This document shows, in pieces, positions 44,465 to 54,110 of a DNA stretch of 61,822 nt (position 1 is its first letter; the number at the start of each line of letters is the position of its first letter). Under the pieces are notes generated by a model, which was not told where the DNA came from, ran no database searches, and saw only the letters and a list, made by a program, of their open reading frames with translations. The stretch spans positions 1-61,822 of the IMG/VR virus record IMGVR_UViG_3300032285_001570. The stretch is one strand, 5' to 3'. This DNA comes from a virus (Duplodnaviria; Caudoviricetes). The position numbers and the translations under genes were made by a program.

Positions 44465-47400
44465 CTACATCCCAGCCTGTCTGCGTATCTGCTCAATGCC
44501 CTCAAGGATCTCGCCACGTATCTTCTGAAGATCGTTAATTTCCTTGCGCCGCTCACTTGGGGTGATGGTCTTGTCTACAGCGGTGCCGTAGAAGCGGATG
44601 GCCTGGTTGATTTCCTTGAATGCGTTGTCAACTTCATTAACGTAGTCGTGCATAGCAATCAGGTCTTCATTGGCATTGAGGTACTTGTCAAGCTCTTCAT
44701 CTTTTAGACGCTCTGCTTTGATCGTCATTGTTTTATACGCCTGATCAATCTCGCCCTTGAGATCGTAGAACAAGTCCTCGCGACCACGTGGCACTTCTGG
44801 GCGCAGGAACGCACCTATCAATGGATACTCTTTAGCCTGTACATCTGGACGTACGCCTGCCGCCTGACCCATAACATTGCTAGCCCACTGAGCCATAGCA
44901 CCAGCCGATCCAAAGATGGAGCGAACCAGATGGTCTGCCTCTATGGGATTCAGCAAACGATTCTTCTCTGTGCCAGTCAGCGCGGAAATCATTTTGCCAA
45001 ACTCAGATGTGGTCATCGTGTATTGCTCGGCAGGTTCCAGATCCTTCATCCCAGACGGAGTAATTTCTCGTCCGGAGAAGAAGCTATGGTTTAGACCAAT
45101 CTCAATGAACGGCTTGCCGGCAGCGGGAATGGGCTCGGGTCCAAGCAACATATCTCGTGCGGCCTCTGCAAGGGCGCGACGCAAGCGACGGTTATCGATA
45201 GGCGTCTGGGTGCTTTCCTTCATCACCTTGTTATAGATCATCTCAGGAATAGCTTTGAAGAAGTACGCAGCCGATGTGTTCATCGGAAGCATGATCTTCG
45301 TACCAGGAATCATAAAGTTGCGCAGCTTGGTCTGGTCATCCAGCTGGTTGTATTCATCATCGTCGCCAACAAGCATGCAATAAATCAATGTTGCAGACAC
45401 CATCAACGTGCCAGTAACCGCAAGTCTTTGCAGCGCTCTACTACGGCTAATTCCTTTTAGGCCGCCACCAGCTAATGCTTGGAACAGCACGTCAGTTGAG
45501 TTAGCCCATGCACCCATAAATGGGGCAGTCTTGACCAAGAACTGGGCAATCTGTCCAGAACCGTGGCGGTTAAAGTTGATGACGTTTGCTGCTTGATATA
45601 GAGCCTGAGCTTCATCACCAGTTTCTGCGAGCACACGCTTGTACGTGGCCACGCGCTGCGCCATATCTGAGGCATCGCCGATGTGGTCTAAACCGCGCAG
45701 CACAAAGCTAGCAACGTTGCGATTCATGATGCCTAGACGCTGCTTGATCTCAGCCTCTGGAGTGCGCGTTGGAGAGCGGAACCCAGCGATACCTGCAGAG
45801 TGAAGAATGTCTACAACAGGATCTGTTTTTGTCAACGATGTGACGAACCCTTTGTACACACCACCAATTAGCAGCGCTGGATTTTTCACTCCAGTAACGA
45901 TAGCTGCAGTAGGCGCATCTTTAAATACCTGCTTAATTTGGAACGCGCCAGACAGTGTGATGGTGCGACGAGTTAAGTTGGCAGCCGCTGCAAGGATCGG
46001 GATGGTCTTCAGGCCAAGCGTCTCCATGCCAAAGATTGATTCTGCAACCAAAGGATCTTGGATCTCTACGACAATCCTCTTGCCATTAGCGATAAAGTTA
46101 AACCGACCCTTGGCTGGATCAACCTTCGGAACCACCATGAGATTGCCGTTGGGCTCGCGTGTGGCGTAGTCTTTAACAATCCGCATCGCTGCGTACTGGC
46201 GCAATCCATTCATGGTCATACGCATGACGTTACGCGTCATGTTATCGATGACGTTTTCAATCTCTCGGTTGGTGTTAAATACCACCAAGTCTCCAGCTTT
46301 GATCGGCGCATGGATGGTCACTTCACCAGTTGGCGTGATGTCCATCTTGTCAGCAGGCACTGGTTTTCCATTGATCGTAGCCTTGATCACAGACGCAGGC
46401 TGGATCTGAAACTTCTTCTGTCCTGGTTCCGCAACGAAATCTGTAATCACCTTGGGCTTGCCGCGCTTGAATAATTTCTCCAAGCCGATGTTCGTCATCT
46501 TGCGAGTCGTGCTCTGCAATGGTGAATGCACATCTGCCGCGTCATCCATGATGCGGTTCCAAGGCACGTAGTCATCGATGGATGACAGCACTTGGTAGCG
46601 TCCCGGACTTAACAGGCCAACCTGCCTCCAGAAATTAAGCATGTTCTGGTTAACTGCAGTCCAGTTCTCCATGATTTCGCGAAGCTCTGGATGCACTTCC
46701 TCGCGGGCGATGAAGTCTGCAATCTCTTCATCGGACATATTGATCTTGGCATTTGCCACCTTGATTGCATCGAGGTCTTCAGCTGCATCTTCAAGCTCTG
46801 TGGTTACGCGCTTCAATTCTTTTGGATCAGGAGATGCTTGTGCCTTGAGCTTGGCCAACTCAGCATTGAGATCATCATATTGCTGGGTGCGCTTATACAG
46901 TTCATTCTGAATGCTGCGCGAACGCTTGGCCTCTAGGTAGGCTTGTATTAAATCTGTACCAACTTGATCACCAAGCATCTTCTTAAGCTTGATCTCTGCT
47001 TTGTATACGCCAGCCATTCCCTTGTCAGTTTTGACGGCGTTAAACGTCAACGTCTTGGGATCGTACTTGATGCCACCACGGAAGATTACTTCGGTCGCAA
47101 GCTGTGCACCACGAATAGCGTTGTCTAGCGCTACAGATGCAGTGGCGAATCCTTCGCTAGTGCGCAAGGCTCCGTTGTATTGCTTAAAGTCTGCAGCGTT
47201 AAGACCAGAACCAAACCACACATTTTTATTGCGTATGTAAGTAATGCCTTGTAGCAATTGATCCATCGTGTCTTTTGCTGTAGCTACTGGATGCATCACG
47301 GCATCTTTGAACAAGTCCTTGCTATAGCGGCCAGCACGCGTGATCGCAGTCAGCATTGGCGATGTATCTAGCTGCGGCGTATTGGGACGGTTGTACTTAC

Positions 47401-50400
47401 GCAGCATCCTCTCGTCGTCGCCAAGACTTAAGAACTTCTTTCCACGTTGCAGCATTGAGTCAGAAACAAATTGACCGTCTGCTGTGCTGAGGCTATTGAG
47501 GGCTTTGAGAATTGGCGCATCAGATTGCATGCCAAACAATCCCTTGATGCGTTGAGCAAAACTACCAAGCCAATTTTTAAGTCTGGTTAGTACGTTACCA
47601 TGCACAGCGGCATATTTACCTTCAACAATTCTTGAGCCATTCACCGCCCAAAATTCTGATGGGTTGAAGTATTGGTAATTTTGTTCTGCTGAAACATAGC
47701 CATTCGTTAATAGACCTGTGGCAATTTCTAGGCTGGATCTTTTGTCAGCTCCCTCAGGTAGACTCACCAATGTATCAAAGAATATTGCTTTCGCATCTTC
47801 TGGTATATCAAGATAACGATGATCATTTTTACCCAAATGGGCGTCCATTAACATCGCAAAGTACAATTTATCCGCAGGAATTTTTGCTTTTTTCTGAGCT
47901 GATACCAGCTGCTTTAGCCATTCCTTACGAATCGCCTCTTGCACGTTAGCAGGCATCATTCTTTCAAGATGATGCAAAATCTCGTGCACAACGGTATCGC
48001 CAGTATCACGCCCTTTCAACAACATAACAAGCCGAGTGATGGGGTTATATGTGCCAGCCGCAACGCTGCCTTGTCCGGGTTGGCGAATACCAATTCCAAG
48101 ATCATCAAGCAAAGCTGGGTTTTGCTGAATGAACCATTCTGCTAGATCCACTCCGTAGGCATCTAGCTCATCACGACGCTTGGCTTCAAGAAGTTTTTGG
48201 CGAATGTAATCTGCGCCACGCACGCGCGGCTTGACTGGCTTAGTATGCGTTGCTTTGTGCACTGTAAACACGGCTTCGCTAACTTTTGCAATAAACTGCT
48301 CGTTAGTGATCTTGCCAGCATCAAGACGGCGTTCCAGTGTCTCAAGTATGCGCTTAAGTGATGGCGAACGTTTTTGCTCTGTATCGTATGCAGTTGGTTG
48401 CGGTCTACGTATAGAAGCAAACATGTCTGGACCGGCTGGTTCTTCAACCTGTTGCGGCTCTTCAACGGCAGGCTTACGGCCCTCTCTAATCTCGGCAATT
48501 AATTCTGGGTTTGTGGACCATTTATCCCATGCGGACTTGAGTTGCTTCAGCTCATCGATGCGACGCTTAATGGCATCTGGATCTTTAACATCAATGCCTT
48601 CTGCTTTGGCAATCGCTGGGTTCTTAGCTGCGCCGCTGATCGCAGACAGACGTGTTTGAATCTCGCGCTGTTTGCTAGACGCAGCCTTGGCCATGTCATC
48701 TGCCTCACGCATCGCGCTATCGTCAAAGTCAAACATGTCAGTGGTGGTGTCGCTCTCACCAGCAAGCGCCTTCACAGCCTGCATCGTGTTCACGGCCATG
48801 TTCATCGACTTGCCGTCTGCGATTGCTTTTAGTCCAACAGACTGAAGGCGCGCATCGTTCGGAGCATTCAGCGCTACATAGTAGGCGGCTTCATCCCCGA
48901 TTTGGTCGTTACGAACGGCGGCAATGAGTTCGTCGCTGCCTTGATTTGCGATTGTGAAAGACCGCTTTCCCGTAGCCCTTGCCAGAAGTCCTTTTGACTC
49001 GGCTGTGTCGCGGTCGATGCCGGCTTCTTTGAAGTAGTTAACATAGTCTTTTACCTTGCCTTGTCCGTCACGGATGTTTAACTCTGCATCTAAGATGGCA
49101 GCCTGTACTCGGTCAAATCCTTTTGCCTCGTCGTGTATCTGCGCTGGTATGGTTGTTTCTCCACTGCGCTGCGCCAAGTCAAGGCGATGACGCCCAGAGA
49201 TCACCTCTAGCGATCCATCTAAACGACGCCATACTTGGATCGGCGCTACACCTGTGCGCTCAAACTTTCCACCAAGCGGCTCAACAACACCCTTTTCAGA
49301 TGCGCCAAGCTTGAACTGCGGCACATCTTTAGAAAGCTTTAAATCTTGAACAGGCACTTCCTGTATTGGCAGCCCTTGCGCTTCATGCTGTGGCGCTGCT
49401 GGCTCTTGCACTGCAGGCTGCTGGATAGCGGGCGGTGCGGCAGGTGTTGTTGGCAACGCAGCGGCAGCTGGTGTTTCTGTGGGCGCGGCAGGAGCGGCTT
49501 CTGGCTCTGCAAATAAATCAGCTGTGGTCACCATGCCCGGTACAGCCTCGGGCTCCTTCACTGCAGCAGGCGCTGTAGCTGCAGGTTGTTCAGCAGCCTG
49601 GGCGCCAACAACCGTTGGGATCGGTGCGGGTGTTTCTACAGTCTTGCGCTCAAGCGGTGGCCCCGCTTCTTCGCCTTCTGGGCGCGCAAATCCTGCACGC
49701 TCAAGCATCAAACGTGACATGCCTTGATAGCTGGTGTCAGGCTTGTAGCCTTTGCTCTCAAATAACTTCGCTGCTGTCTGCGCTGCCTTTGCTCCACCGG
49801 AAACAGTGGCTGTGGTAACGCCAGCCTGCAACACAGTCTGACGCAGCGTTTCCTCAAGCTCTTTGTACAGATCCACCAAGCTTGGATTGCCCTGCGTCCC
49901 AATACCAGGTAGCGCATCAATCCCATACTGGGTTAACGTGGTGGCCATCTCAGATGGGATCTCTGATGCAATAGACTTTGCAACGTATTCTGGGATTCCA
50001 TCAACGCCATTTTTGGCTACAAATCCCTTGAGCCCAGCTAACGCTTTGGTCATACCAAAACGCTCAAAGAAAACTTCAGCGGCTGCCATAGGCACTGCGC
50101 GTGTGGCGGCAACAGCCCCTGACAATCCTGAGGCACGCCCTTCGCCATACGAGTCGCCAAACTGTTGAAGCGCGGCCTGTGCTAGCACAGGTCCAGCTGT
50201 GCCTGTTAACGCGCTCAAAGCAATTGTTGGCGCCTGACCAGCCAAGCTTGTCATCGCATGTTGCGCTGATCTTTCAAATATCGTATTGCCTTCAGGAATG
50301 GCCTGCTCTCTAGCTCCCTCGATGCGGCGTGCATTACCCAAACGGACGCTCGTCTCTCGGTCACCAAGCAGATCCGCTGTTGCTTGCGCCAACCCAAGAC

Positions 50401-51118
50401 CAGACTTTGCGTATTGCGATGCAGCACCTGCACCAACACGCTCCCAGAATCCTGCGTTCTCAAGTTCCTCGGCGCGCTTCTGTGCTTCAGCCGCCGCCTT
50501 CTCTCCAACAACGTCAGCTTCCATCTGCTGCAGGTCAGGGAACACAGTGCCCGATAGCGCCTGTGTTTGAGCGTAGCTTTCTGCAAACTCTGGGCGTAAG
50601 CCTTGTTTGATAAATCGACGACGCTGTGCCTCTAGTCGCGTATCGGTCGCCTTCTGTATCGTCTCAGGTGCGGCGTTTAACTTTGCATAACGCTGCTCGA
50701 TCACGCGCGCGGCACGTCCGTACGCATCAGGGCTTTGCTTAATCTTTTCTAACGCTGCAGCTCGCTGGTCTGCTGGTAATGAATCCAGTTGCGCTTGCAC
50801 GCTCGTAATGAAGCGAGGATTCAACATCGGATCTTCTGGCACACCAGCGGTCTTCGCCGGCACATTCATCACCGATGGAGCCTCCGGCGTTGCTACCGGA
50901 ACGTCAAGACCAGCAAACGTATTGGTGTCAGGAACGATGGGCGCAGCAGGCTTAGCAATCGCGGGAGCAGCAGGAGTGGCAGCAGCAGGCGCAGCTGTTT
51001 CAGCAGCTGGCGCAGCGGGCTCTTGACTACCTAGATAATTCAGGATTTTTGCTTTTGCTGCCGCCGGATCCGTTTCTGAAAGATCGTAATGTTTACCTTG
51101 GTATTGGTAAATGGGCAT
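44465..51118 (-). CDS. Large polyvalent ejected protein (ParB-like, HExxH metallopeptidase-like, LPD38-like C-terminus)
   Basis: IQVW...ISGRHR; VVHEILHH; INF.R.G...PF; last and largest gene of ejection cluster. Confidence 0.75.
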   Translation of the reverse strand: MPIYQYQGKHYDLSETDPAAAKAKILNYLGSQEPAAPAAETAAPAAATPAAPAIAKPAAPIVPDTNTFAGLDVPVATPEAPSVMNVPAKTAGVPEDPMLNPRFITSVQAQLDSLPADQRAAALEKIKQSPDAYGRAARVIEQRYAKLNAAPETIQKATDTRLEAQRRRFIKQGLRPEFAESYAQTQALSGTVFPDLQQMEADVVGEKAAAEAQKRAEELENAGFWERVGAGAASQYAKSGLGLAQATADLLGDRETSVRLGNARRIEGAREQAIPEGNTIFERSAQHAMTSLAGQAPTIALSALTGTAGPVLAQAALQQFGDSYGEGRASGLSGAVAATRAVPMAAAEVFFERFGMTKALAGLKGFVAKNGVDGIPEYVAKSIASEIPSEMATTLTQYGIDALPGIGTQGNPSLVDLYKELEETLRQTVLQAGVTTATVSGGAKAAQTAAKLFESKGYKPDTSYQGMSRLMLERAGFARPEGEEAGPPLERKTVETPAPIPTVVGAQAAEQPAATAPAAVKEPEAVPGMVTTADLFAEPEAAPAAPTETPAAAALPTTPAAPPAIQQPAVQEPAAPQHEAQGLPIQEVPVQDLKLSKDVPQFKLGASEKGVVEPLGGKFERTGVAPIQVWRRLDGSLEVISGRHRLDLAQRSGETTIPAQIHDEAKGFDRVQAAILDAELNIRDGQGKVKDYVNYFKEAGIDRDTAESKGLLARATGKRSFTIANQGSDELIAAVRNDQIGDEAAYYVALNAPNDARLQSVGLKAIADGKSMNMAVNTMQAVKALAGESDTTTDMFDFDDSAMREADDMAKAASSKQREIQTRLSAISGAAKNPAIAKAEGIDVKDPDAIKRRIDELKQLKSAWDKWSTNPELIAEIREGRKPAVEEPQQVEEPAGPDMFASIRRPQPTAYDTEQKRSPSLKRILETLERRLDAGKITNEQFIAKVSEAVFTVHKATHTKPVKPRVRGADYIRQKLLEAKRRDELDAYGVDLAEWFIQQNPALLDDLGIGIRQPGQGSVAAGTYNPITRLVMLLKGRDTGDTVVHEILHHLERMMPANVQEAIRKEWLKQLVSAQKKAKIPADKLYFAMLMDAHLGKNDHRYLDIPEDAKAIFFDTLVSLPEGADKRSSLEIATGLLTNGYVSAEQNYQYFNPSEFWAVNGSRIVEGKYAAVHGNVLTRLKNWLGSFAQRIKGLFGMQSDAPILKALNSLSTADGQFVSDSMLQRGKKFLSLGDDERMLRKYNRPNTPQLDTSPMLTAITRAGRYSKDLFKDAVMHPVATAKDTMDQLLQGITYIRNKNVWFGSGLNAADFKQYNGALRTSEGFATASVALDNAIRGAQLATEVIFRGGIKYDPKTLTFNAVKTDKGMAGVYKAEIKLKKMLGDQVGTDLIQAYLEAKRSRSIQNELYKRTQQYDDLNAELAKLKAQASPDPKELKRVTTELEDAAEDLDAIKVANAKINMSDEEIADFIAREEVHPELREIMENWTAVNQNMLNFWRQVGLLSPGRYQVLSSIDDYVPWNRIMDDAADVHSPLQSTTRKMTNIGLEKLFKRGKPKVITDFVAEPGQKKFQIQPASVIKATINGKPVPADKMDITPTGEVTIHAPIKAGDLVVFNTNREIENVIDNMTRNVMRMTMNGLRQYAAMRIVKDYATREPNGNLMVVPKVDPAKGRFNFIANGKRIVVEIQDPLVAESIFGMETLGLKTIPILAAAANLTRRTITLSGAFQIKQVFKDAPTAAIVTGVKNPALLIGGVYKGFVTSLTKTDPVVDILHSAGIAGFRSPTRTPEAEIKQRLGIMNRNVASFVLRGLDHIGDASDMAQRVATYKRVLAETGDEAQALYQAANVINFNRHGSGQIAQFLVKTAPFMGAWANSTDVLFQALAGGGLKGISRSRALQRLAVTGTLMVSATLIYCMLVGDDDEYNQLDDQTKLRNFMIPGTKIMLPMNTSAAYFFKAIPEMIYNKVMKESTQTPIDNRRLRRALAEAARDMLLGPEPIPAAGKPFIEIGLNHSFFSGREITPSGMKDLEPAEQYTMTTSEFGKMISALTGTEKNRLLNPIEADHLVRSIFGSAGAMAQWASNVMGQAAGVRPDVQAKEYPLIGAFLRPEVPRGREDLFYDLKGEIDQAYKTMTIKAERLKDEELDKYLNANEDLIAMHDYVNEVDNAFKEINQAIRFYGTAVDKTITPSERRKEINDLQKIRGEILEGIEQIRRQAGM

Positions 51119-51126
51119 AGCAATTC

Positions 51127-52641
51127 TCAGTCAAGTTTTATTGGATTGTCAGCGGTGCCTAGCTGTCCAGTTGAAGACCTTGCGCTCTTAGCTGTTTTCT
51201 GGTTTTGGATCTCTTGTCTAATTAATTCTGTTTTAAATGCTTCCGCTGCAGCTGGATCAGTTTTGAGCAAGCCCTGATATTTACGCCCGGCAGCATTCGA
51301 GTATGGTTTATCTTCCAACCGTTTACTCACTGATGTCGTGGCGGTTTCTACGGCTTTAGCTTCTCGCCGTTCCCTTTCCGTATCGGCGGTCGTCGTAATG
51401 CCAAATGCCCTCACGGGTTCGGCTGCCTTCAGGTTCAAGTACCGCTCACTGCCTTCCTGCAGGATAACTTCATCAGGTCGTTTATCGCCTTTAGCACGCT
51501 TGTCAAGCAAGTAGCTATTAGCAAAAATCTGTAATTCTTTGGGATCACGAGCTGCAGCAGCCACTTCTTTGGCGCCAATCGTTTTAGCCATTTCACTCTT
51601 AACGCCAAGGATCTTCGCATCGTAGTTTTCAATGCGTGCGTCCTCTTTGTCTTTGGTGGCCTGGTCGTATTGACGGCCTGAAAGCACTGCTGCGTAGCGC
51701 TTGTCTTGAATATCTGCAAGTTCCTTGTCTCGATCTGCGGTGAGCTTGCGCAATTCTTTTTGCTCTGCCATGTATTCTGGAGCAGCGCCAGCAGCACCAA
51801 CTGACAGCGGTTGAGTGATCGCACCAAGACCACGAGCGTACGGGTTGCCGGGTCTGCTAGCCTCTGCAGCCATGCGAAAACCTGTGCTCATTAAAAAGTT
51901 ACGCAGAGCATCTGACTTGTCTTCTGCGGCACGCGCCTGCATGGCTTTGATTTGCTGCTCTCTAGCTTCTAATGGCTTGCCAGTGATGCCAGCTCTTTCC
52001 AAAGCGGCTTTATCAGCTGCTTCTCTCGCCTGCGCAATCTCTTCTAGTGTGCGCGGTGTGTATCTGCTTCGAGTATCTTCAAGCTCTGATAACAACCCTT
52101 GAAATAAATTCGCTGCAGTTGGTCTGGTAGTGATAGCTTGACCAAATCTTGAAGCTGGATCTGCTGCCTGCTGTCGATAGATTTCTGCTGCTGCTGCGTC
52201 ATCGCCGCCGATAGCATCTTCACTGCCTTGTGCAAACGCAACAATTCCACCGCGTGCATAGTTCTCTGGTTGGAAGTTGTCTACAGGCAGACTGCCAATA
52301 CCACGCTCAGTCACCTCAGGCGCAGGCTCTTGCGGCATTTGTTGCGGCATCGGCTGCGCTAACTGGCCAAGCCCTTGCTGCTGGCCAACCATCCCTCTGG
52401 TTGCCTGCTGCAGTGCGGCGTTCTTCAGGTCATCGTAGACAGTGGTCGTCGGCATCATGGGGCGGCTTGATAACCGCTCCAACATTCTTTGCAATTGGAA
52501 AATCTCAGCCAACGTCACGTTGTGTTGTGGCGCGAGATTTGGGTTTGCAGATACCGAGCGCACCATCTGCACTGTCGATGGGTCATTCAAATCAAAGCGT
52601 CCGTTCGGACCAGCAATGTTAAGAGAGTTCATGCTGTTCAT
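51127..52641 (-). CDS. Internal virion/ejection protein
   Basis: Helical A/Q-rich; YARGGIVAFAQG; ends GTADNPIKLD. Confidence 0.6.
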   Translation of the reverse strand: MNSMNSLNIAGPNGRFDLNDPSTVQMVRSVSANPNLAPQHNVTLAEIFQLQRMLERLSSRPMMPTTTVYDDLKNAALQQATRGMVGQQQGLGQLAQPMPQQMPQEPAPEVTERGIGSLPVDNFQPENYARGGIVAFAQGSEDAIGGDDAAAAEIYRQQAADPASRFGQAITTRPTAANLFQGLLSELEDTRSRYTPRTLEEIAQAREAADKAALERAGITGKPLEAREQQIKAMQARAAEDKSDALRNFLMSTGFRMAAEASRPGNPYARGLGAITQPLSVGAAGAAPEYMAEQKELRKLTADRDKELADIQDKRYAAVLSGRQYDQATKDKEDARIENYDAKILGVKSEMAKTIGAKEVAAAARDPKELQIFANSYLLDKRAKGDKRPDEVILQEGSERYLNLKAAEPVRAFGITTTADTERERREAKAVETATTSVSKRLEDKPYSNAAGRKYQGLLKTDPAAAEAFKTELIRQEIQNQKTAKSARSSTGQLGTADNPIKLD

Positions 52642-53648
52642 TACCGTCCTCCCATGCCGCTCATTAAGCTACCCAAACCAAGACCCAAGCCTGCCACTTG
52701 ACCCAAGTAGTTTGGCGGCGCCTGATAAACAGACTGTGCCTGCTGTGTCAGCGGCATCCCACGCAGAATGTCAGACATAAAGCCAAGCTGCTTGTACGGG
52801 TAGTTCTGCTGATTGAGGAAGTCCTGATACTGCTGCGATAACTGCTGTTGCTGCAGCGCTTGTTGTTGAGCACCTGCCTGCTGTTGCGCAGACGCAATAC
52901 CTAGTTGCTGTCCATACTGGGTTTGACCAAGCTGACCAAGAGTGCCTGCTAGTTGACCAGCCTGTCCGTAACCTTGCAGACCCAAGTTCGCGCCAAACTG
53001 TTGCGCTTGCATCGCCTTGTCAAATGCTGATTGCGTACCCTGCGCTTGGATGCCGGCCAACTGATTCTGTAAGTTACGCTGTGCTTCTGATTCAACGATG
53101 GCTTGACGCGAGCCACCAAACGCACCCTGACGTGCAGCCGATGCACCAATGCCAGGAAACTGGCGGCTGTAATCCATGATGGCCTGCTGCTTCTGATAGT
53201 CAACCGCGTTCTGCATGTACGGCGACATGTAAGCAGCAACTGCATTTGGATTCGTCGCCTGTGCAGCATAGTTAGAACCAGCGCCTAAGCTGCCAAGACC
53301 AGCAATACCAGCAAGCTGCGAGCCCTGTCCAACCTGCGGTGATACCTGCAAGTTGCCAACATTCTCAAACGCCTGCTGCTGCATCGGTGTGAAGCCAGCA
53401 AGACGCTGACCCTGATACTGCTGATACGGATTCTGGCTGGTGTCGGTGACAGCCTGGGCTTTGCCTAACAGCGTCTCTACATACGGCTTGGCATAGTCAG
53501 GGATCGATGTCTGCGTAACGGTCTGCGTAGTGGGTGCAGCTTGACTCGATGGAGCAGGTGAAGAGCCGCCACCAAAACAAAGCATCATGCCTGTCTTGGT
53601 CATGTAAGCGGTGATCCAGCGATACAGCGTGTCTTTTATCTTTTCCAC
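52641..53648 (-). CDS. Gln-rich ejection (pilot) protein
   Basis: GAFGGSRQ motif, poly-Q, C-terminal GLGLG hydrophobic segment. Confidence 0.65.
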   Translation of the reverse strand: MEKIKDTLYRWITAYMTKTGMMLCFGGGSSPAPSSQAAPTTQTVTQTSIPDYAKPYVETLLGKAQAVTDTSQNPYQQYQGQRLAGFTPMQQQAFENVGNLQVSPQVGQGSQLAGIAGLGSLGAGSNYAAQATNPNAVAAYMSPYMQNAVDYQKQQAIMDYSRQFPGIGASAARQGAFGGSRQAIVESEAQRNLQNQLAGIQAQGTQSAFDKAMQAQQFGANLGLQGYGQAGQLAGTLGQLGQTQYGQQLGIASAQQQAGAQQQALQQQQLSQQYQDFLNQQNYPYKQLGFMSDILRGMPLTQQAQSVYQAPPNYLGQVAGLGLGLGSLMSGMGGR

Positions 53649-53657
53649 AGTCTGCTC

Positions 53658-54110
53658 CTAAAGCAGTTTGGTGAATACTTTGTCAGTGTGTTTGTAGCCA
53701 AGGTACTCAAACAATCTTGAGTTATCTAAGTGAACCTTGGTGCCATAAATAATCCGGTTGATGCCTCGTTCTTTTAACACTCTCTCTGCGTATTGGAACA
53801 GCTTGATACCGATACGCCCGCGCCTGTATTCCTTCTTAATAAAGTAAATATCTTCAAACGCAGTCAAACATGTTTTGTAATGCAAGTGCGGCTGAATGAT
53901 GAACACAACATAACCAATAATTTCTCCATCAATTCGGCACGTAATGAACCGCAACATCTTGGCCTGTATGAGTCGCTCATACTCATCGTAATTTGGATCC
54001 AATTCAAACTCTTTGGTTACGCACAATTCATCGTAGTGCGCATCGAAAAGAGCTTTCATCTCATCGAGTACTTTGGCTCCGTCTTCGTCATGGTATGAAA
54101 GGATTGTCAT
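53658..54110 (-). CDS. GNAT-family acyltransferase
   Basis: EDIYFIKKEYRRGRIGIKLF...LFEYLGY. Confidence 0.7.
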   Translation of the reverse strand: MTILSYHDEDGAKVLDEMKALFDAHYDELCVTKEFELDPNYDEYERLIQAKMLRFITCRIDGEIIGYVVFIIQPHLHYKTCLTAFEDIYFIKKEYRRGRIGIKLFQYAERVLKERGINRIIYGTKVHLDNSRLFEYLGYKHTDKVFTKLL

